64,000 nt of DNA from Candidatus Chisholmbacteria bacterium RIFCSPHIGHO2_01_FULL_52_32 (GTDB lineage: Bacteria; Patescibacteriota; Microgenomatia; UBA1400; Chisholmbacteraceae), in assembly GCA_001816585.1 (NCBI GenBank), contig MHCJ01000007.1, forward strand, positions 2,062-66,061, given 5' to 3'. Below, in pieces: positions 59,025 to 64,000 of this stretch. Position 1 is the first letter of the stretch; each line of letters starts with the position of its first letter. The position numbers were made by a program, and so were the translations under genes. Under the pieces are notes generated by a model. It did no database searches and was not told the origin of the DNA. It was given only the letters and a program-made list of their open reading frames with translations.

Positions 59025-60233
59025 TCAATGACCAAAATACCTCCCAAACACCTTTCCAATATACTCAACATCATCCTTCGTTATTTCAGGATGACAGCCG
59101 ATATAAAACCCGTTTTGGTTAAGGTGTTTCGCGACCGGATAATCATCCTCAATATGCCCCCACATCCGCTCGTACACCGGCTGGTTGGTCAGGGGCAAAA
59201 GGTAGCGCGTCTCAATCCCGTTCTTCTCAAGAAAAAGGATAAGTTCATCCCGATCCACACCTGCCTTCACCACGATGGGGTACATCATAAACACGTGCTC
59301 CGCGCTTGGGCGCTTTGTTGGCAACTGAAGATATTTTGAAAACCGCTTGAGCACCCGGGTCAACGCCCGTGCATTCCGCTTTCTTAAGGCGACAATCTCC
59401 CGCCACCGCCGCATTTGCCCGAGGCCCAAAGCACTCTCAAGCTCCGTAGCTCGGTAACTGTACCCGACATCGAGAAAATTGAAACGCCTGGCCACGATCG
59501 TAAACAGCTGGTTCAAACTTCGGAATTTCGTGTCATCCGGGTTCGTATAAATCCCATCTCTGCCGTGGTTGTAGAGGCTCTTTATGGAAACCGCCAATTC
59601 CGGATCGTTGGTCACCGCAAATCCCCCAACGCCAGTCACGAGGATATGCGCAGCGTAGGTTGAGAAACACCCCACTTCTCCGAAGGAACCGACGGGCTTC
59701 CCCCTGTACCTGGCAAACATCGTCTCACAGGAATCCTCAATCATCCGAAGGTTATACCGCTTCTTCAAACCCATAAGCTCATCCATATCACACGGACAGC
59801 CGCACAGGTGAACCGGCATGATCGCAACCGTTCGCTCCGTAATCTTCTTCTCTGCCTCTGCCGCATCCATCTCAAAATACACCGGATCAACATCAACCAG
59901 AACCGGAGTCAACCGGTTCTCAAGAATCACGTTAACCGAAGCCACAAACGTCACCGCCGGAACCAAAACCTCCATCCCGTCTTCCCAGCCGTACTGTTTC
60001 TTCATCGCATGAAGCCCGACCTGCAAAGCCGATGTCCCGGAGTTGCAGAATAGGGCATATCTGACCTTGTGGGCCCGCGCAAACGCCCGCTCGAACCGAT
60101 TGGTGAAGTGCCCATATGAAAGTCGATTATCATCCAAAGCTTGATTAACGTACCGTTTTTCCAACTCCGAGATATTAACAGCCCCAACTCCGATAAACCG
60201 TCTTTTTTTAATTCCAGCTACTCTTCCTGGCAT
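59025..60233 (-). CDS. DegT/DnrJ/EryC1/StrS family PLP enzyme (ColD/RfbH dehydratase-like: His at the usual Lys position)
   Basis: NSGTSAL, PVHL.G, IEDSCE, FSTYAAHIL.TG.GG. Confidence 0.88.
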   Translation of the reverse strand: MPGRVAGIKKRRFIGVGAVNISELEKRYVNQALDDNRLSYGHFTNRFERAFARAHKVRYALFCNSGTSALQVGLHAMKKQYGWEDGMEVLVPAVTFVASVNVILENRLTPVLVDVDPVYFEMDAAEAEKKITERTVAIMPVHLCGCPCDMDELMGLKKRYNLRMIEDSCETMFARYRGKPVGSFGEVGCFSTYAAHILVTGVGGFAVTNDPELAVSIKSLYNHGRDGIYTNPDDTKFRSLNQLFTIVARRFNFLDVGYSYRATELESALGLGQMRRWREIVALRKRNARALTRVLKRFSKYLQLPTKRPSAEHVFMMYPIVVKAGVDRDELILFLEKNGIETRYLLPLTNQPVYERMWGHIEDDYPVAKHLNQNGFYIGCHPEITKDDVEYIGKVFGRYFGH

Positions 60234-60266
60234 AATAAGTCAAATAGTATCAGGAAATATTGAAAA

Positions 60267-63233
60267 ATGAAAGAAGATAGTCATAAGTGTCGATGGATGT
60301 TGTATGATTGGAAGTCTAATCGGCAAAGTACTCCGATGGAAAAATCCCACTTTAAAAAAAACCCAGGGATAAGATCACCCAACATCAATCTCACTCACCT
60401 TGCTATCTTGCTTGTAGTGGCGTTGGCATTACTTTCTCCCTTGCTTCTCCCAGGTTTTCCCCAAACCCACGACGGCGATCAACATTTCGTTCGCACCGCC
60501 CATTTCTTCCATGCCGTGAAAGAAGGGAATCTCCTCCCTTCTTGGGCCGGAACGCTAAACAGCGGATTCGGATCCCCTGTTTTCCTCTATAATTGGCTCC
60601 TCCTCTATTACCTCTCAATCCCCTTCCTCCTGTTGAATATCCCGGTCGTCTCAACGATCAAGCTCCTCATTACTGCCTCATTCTTCCTCTCAGTGCTCGG
60701 ATTTTTCCTTTGGGTAAAATTCCTCTATAACAGCCGCTCCGCCTTCGTTGCCAGCCTGTTTTACCTTACCTCTCCGTACCATCTCTACAACATCTACACC
60801 CGCGGCGCCTTCGGCGAAGTCATGGCATTAAGCCTCCTCCCCTGGCTTTTTTTCTCAATCTCACGCCAGCTGTTTTCTGGAGTATTCAAATATTTCCTGG
60901 CAACTACAGCGCTCCTTGTCATGCTCATCCTCGCCCACAATCCGACCGCCCTTGTAGCTATTCCTCTCCTTGCCGCATACTCACTGGTGCTTTCCTGGAA
61001 AAGCAGAGAAAAAACGGTTCATGTCTTTCTGACCATCCCTCTCGCCCTCTTTCTAACCGCGTTCTTCTGGCTCCCGGCAGCGGTCGAAATGCCCTACACC
61101 AAGCTCCCTCAGGCGGTGGCCAGTCTTTATGAGAGCCATTTCCTTGAAGCTGATCGCTTCGGAACACCACAGAAAGCAACGGAACTAACAATCACAACCT
61201 TTCCACAATTGAGTCCAACGAAACCGTTCCTTCTCCCGTTATTTCGCATTACCTACATCCTTTTTTCGCTTGTCAGTGCAGTCGGAATCGCCCAAGTCGC
61301 CGCAGCCACAATCGCCATCTTCATCGTAACTAAAAACCGCAATAACAATCAGAACCGGAAAGTTGAACTCTTCTTTATCGCAACCTTCATCATTGCTTTC
61401 TTTCTCGCAACCAGTCCTTCAGCTCCTATCTGGCGCTTGATCCCCATTCTCCCCCCACTTCTCTATCCATGGAGGCTCCACGGGATAGCATCACTTGCTG
61501 CCGCACTGCTATCCGCAACCCTTATACGAACTCCCAGAAAGACAAGAGTGGCACTGATAGCCCTTTTGGCCGCGACCGCAATCCTCCTTGTCACTCGGGC
61601 TCTCCCTGCACAGAAAACCTTTCCGACGTTTACCGATGCTTCCCTCGTAAGAAGCCAGGAAAGTACCGACAGTACGGGGGTCTATTTACCTCGCTGGGCT
61701 CCTGCTCTCAGCGATCTGCCCTCCCAACCTCCACAGGATATTGCTTTTGTAAAAGACGGGAAACTCGAAACGCTCCTCATGGAACGGGGCGTTTCTCGCC
61801 TGCGATTCCGCGTCAAGAGCAAAAAAGCGACCGAAATCATCGTCAACACCTTTTTCTTCCCGGGTTGGGAAGGCTTCATCGATCGCATTCCAACGCAAGT
61901 CAGCCCCAGTGGCCAGGGGAATATCGCCATCTCTATACCAGAAGGTGAGACTGAGGTGGAACTTCGATTCACGAAAACCGAAATCCGAAAAACAGCAATA
62001 GCTGTCACAAACCTGACATTACTGGCCCTGGGAATAGGCGTGATTTTCCGCGTCTTATCTCGGGTTAACAATAAAAAGAGGCTCGGAGCTGTCCTAATGC
62101 TCATCCTCACAACGATCCTGGGTAGCGAGGCCGCAACCAGACTTGTCATCGGCGATTCATTCGCCACCACTTGCTTCAAGCGTGATCAGATCCTCCACCA
62201 CATCCCCAAATTGAATGGAACGTGCTCCTATTCGGATCCCCACAGTTCCGAAGCGAAGGTGAACGTCCGCTTCTCAAGCGTTGGAACCCGCGGAGAAGAA
62301 ATCACAATTCCCAAACCCCTGGATACATATCGAATCCTTCTCCTCGGAGACTCAACCACCGCAGCCATCAACGTGAACTACGAAGACGCCTTCGGGGAAA
62401 AACTCGAACGGCTGCTCCAACTAACATTCCCCAACAAAACAATTGAGGTGGTAAACGCCGGTGTTCCTTCTTACTCGGGACTTCTTGAGTATCTCTACCT
62501 TCGGGAGCGCGGCTTAACCCTCGAACCCGATCTGGTAATTACAAACTTTAATTCCACGGATGTCCACGATGACGCCCGCTATTTCCATCTCGCGAACATC
62601 GCACCGGATGGCACGGTGTTGACGGTCAGTGAGATAACACCGGATACTCCGCTCATAAAAAAACTCCATTGGGCCATCTTCAATCGCTCGCGTCTCTACG
62701 GACACCATCTCCAATTTTGGCTTATCGGACTCAAGGATAGATTACTCCCTCAAAAGCCTCTCGTACAAACCACAGAAAAAACCGAATTCGGTCAGTACGA
62801 AGCCGACTTCCTCGTCGCCCTCAGAGAAGATGTGCGACCGAACTACCAGGCCATTTGGCACTGGCCTCGTAAAAGTCTCAAGCTCCTCCACGCGCTCACA
62901 AAGAAACACAACATTCCCCTTGTCATCTCCCTTTTCCCCTTTCCACTGCAGGTGAATGGCCGGGAATGGATAAGCAGAGAGCGCATGGGTTTTGAACTCG
63001 GAAAAACCTATTCCACCAGGGACCTTGAGATGATGGAATCCCTGGCAAAAGAGGAAGGCATACCGGTCGTCAATTCTGTCGAAGCCTTCAGGAACTCACA
63101 GGAATTCCCCTTGTTCTTCCCCGAGGACATTCACTTCACTCCCGCCGGGCACGCGGTTTTTGCCCAAACGATAGCCACGTACCTGTTGGAACACAGAAGA
63201 CAGCTTGGGCTTCCGCCCACACCCCAACTATGA
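60267..63233 (+). CDS. GT-C-like membrane protein (PTPS-related/YfhO-like) fused to an SGNH domain
   Basis: THDG..H, GFGSPVF.Y, RGAFGE, FFFPGW; C-terminal LGDS, NAGV, DIH; start may be 60336. Confidence 0.82.
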   Translation: MKEDSHKCRWMLYDWKSNRQSTPMEKSHFKKNPGIRSPNINLTHLAILLVVALALLSPLLLPGFPQTHDGDQHFVRTAHFFHAVKEGNLLPSWAGTLNSGFGSPVFLYNWLLLYYLSIPFLLLNIPVVSTIKLLITASFFLSVLGFFLWVKFLYNSRSAFVASLFYLTSPYHLYNIYTRGAFGEVMALSLLPWLFFSISRQLFSGVFKYFLATTALLVMLILAHNPTALVAIPLLAAYSLVLSWKSREKTVHVFLTIPLALFLTAFFWLPAAVEMPYTKLPQAVASLYESHFLEADRFGTPQKATELTITTFPQLSPTKPFLLPLFRITYILFSLVSAVGIAQVAAATIAIFIVTKNRNNNQNRKVELFFIATFIIAFFLATSPSAPIWRLIPILPPLLYPWRLHGIASLAAALLSATLIRTPRKTRVALIALLAATAILLVTRALPAQKTFPTFTDASLVRSQESTDSTGVYLPRWAPALSDLPSQPPQDIAFVKDGKLETLLMERGVSRLRFRVKSKKATEIIVNTFFFPGWEGFIDRIPTQVSPSGQGNIAISIPEGETEVELRFTKTEIRKTAIAVTNLTLLALGIGVIFRVLSRVNNKKRLGAVLMLILTTILGSEAATRLVIGDSFATTCFKRDQILHHIPKLNGTCSYSDPHSSEAKVNVRFSSVGTRGEEITIPKPLDTYRILLLGDSTTAAINVNYEDAFGEKLERLLQLTFPNKTIEVVNAGVPSYSGLLEYLYLRERGLTLEPDLVITNFNSTDVHDDARYFHLANIAPDGTVLTVSEITPDTPLIKKLHWAIFNRSRLYGHHLQFWLIGLKDRLLPQKPLVQTTEKTEFGQYEADFLVALREDVRPNYQAIWHWPRKSLKLLHALTKKHNIPLVISLFPFPLQVNGREWISRERMGFELGKTYSTRDLEMMESLAKEEGIPVVNSVEAFRNSQEFPLFFPEDIHFTPAGHAVFAQTIATYLLEHRRQLGLPPTPQL

Positions 63234-64000
63234 ACCAGAAAAAGAATCAAGCAAACCAAAACCAAAAGCGGTACAGAAAACAGTTCCTCATGGAAAAAAA
63301 ACTGGCAAAGTCGTTGCTTTCCGCAAACGCACACCAAAGGCGGCGCCTCTACCGACAGGTCTACGATGAGTTTTTTCGTAAGGTACCCTTTCCGAACGAG
63401 AGCGAGAAGGACCGGATAGGTTCAGGTTTTGTATCCGGACACGTCAAACTCCTCAACCACTTTTTAAAACCTGACTCGACATTTCTGGAAATCGGTCCGG
63501 GTGACTGTTCGCTTTCCCTCGCCGTAACAAAGAGTGTAAGGAAGGTCTATGCCGTGGATGTTTCACCAAAACCATCAAGAAGCCTACACAAACCCAAAAA
63601 CTTTCATCTGATCGTCGCAGACGGCGTGAGTGTCCCGGTACCCAAAGCGAGTGTCAATATAGCATTCAGTAGCCAAGTCCTGGAGCACATCCATCCCGAC
63701 GACGCATTGAGTCATCTCAAGAACGTCCACCGGGCCCTCACCGAAACAGGTTTGTATATCGCTATCACCCCCAACCGGCTCTGGGGGCCCCACGATGTTT
63801 CGCAGTTCTTCGAAGACAAAGCAGAAGGGCTTCATCTCAAGGAATACACGGTCACCGAGTTGGAGAAACTCTTTAAAACCGCGGGGTTCTCAACAGTTCA
63901 ACTTTTCATCGAAGTCCGGGGGAAAGTCATTCGCTACCCCACCTTCCCGGTCAAGGTAGTTGAATGGTGTATACAATTACTGCCCCCCTCCGTGCAAAAA
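63230..64000 (+). CDS. class I SAM methyltransferase (runs off the window)
   Basis: ATGA overlap; LEIGPGDC, VLEHIHP, TPNRL.GPHD, HLKEY read by eye. Confidence 0.85.
   Translation, partial: MNQKKNQANQNQKRYRKQFLMEKKLAKSLLSANAHQRRRLYRQVYDEFFRKVPFPNESEKDRIGSGFVSGHVKLLNHFLKPDSTFLEIGPGDCSLSLAVTKSVRKVYAVDVSPKPSRSLHKPKNFHLIVADGVSVPVPKASVNIAFSSQVLEHIHPDDALSHLKNVHRALTETGLYIAITPNRLWGPHDVSQFFEDKAEGLHLKEYTVTELEKLFKTAGFSTVQLFIEVRGKVIRYPTFPVKVVEWCIQLLPPSVQK

Overview
64 kb of a bacterial chromosome, most likely a Patescibacteria/CPR (Microgenomates-like) genome, inferred from 16S signatures and gene content and not from a database search. Layout: (1) 1-3.4 kb: small hypothetical genes, tRNA-Ile(GAT), a tRNA 3' fragment interrupted by a hairpin element, and about 1.3 kb of highly structured DNA with no credible ORF behind a near-consensus sigma70 promoter. 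(2) 3.4-12.7 kb: GC-rich operons of membrane, secreted and SLH-like proteins ending in tandem Y-shaped structures, a complete type III hammerhead ribozyme core (7363-7482) and an SbnI/SerK-like ParB/Srx gene. (3) An unlinked 16S rRNA gene and mnmA. (4) A locus of four ATP-grasp genes plus a 7TM gene. (5) From 21.6 kb to the end, a very large surface-glycan locus with GT2/GT4 enzymes, eight GT-C-type membrane proteins (three ~950-aa paralogs with an STT3-like W-W/F-N motif) and seven methyltransferase domains. Several families of small palindromic elements and heptamer repeats are dispersed, nested and inserted in-frame into genes (mnmA, a GT2). All product calls come from motif recognition by eye, and all RNA structures were paired by hand.
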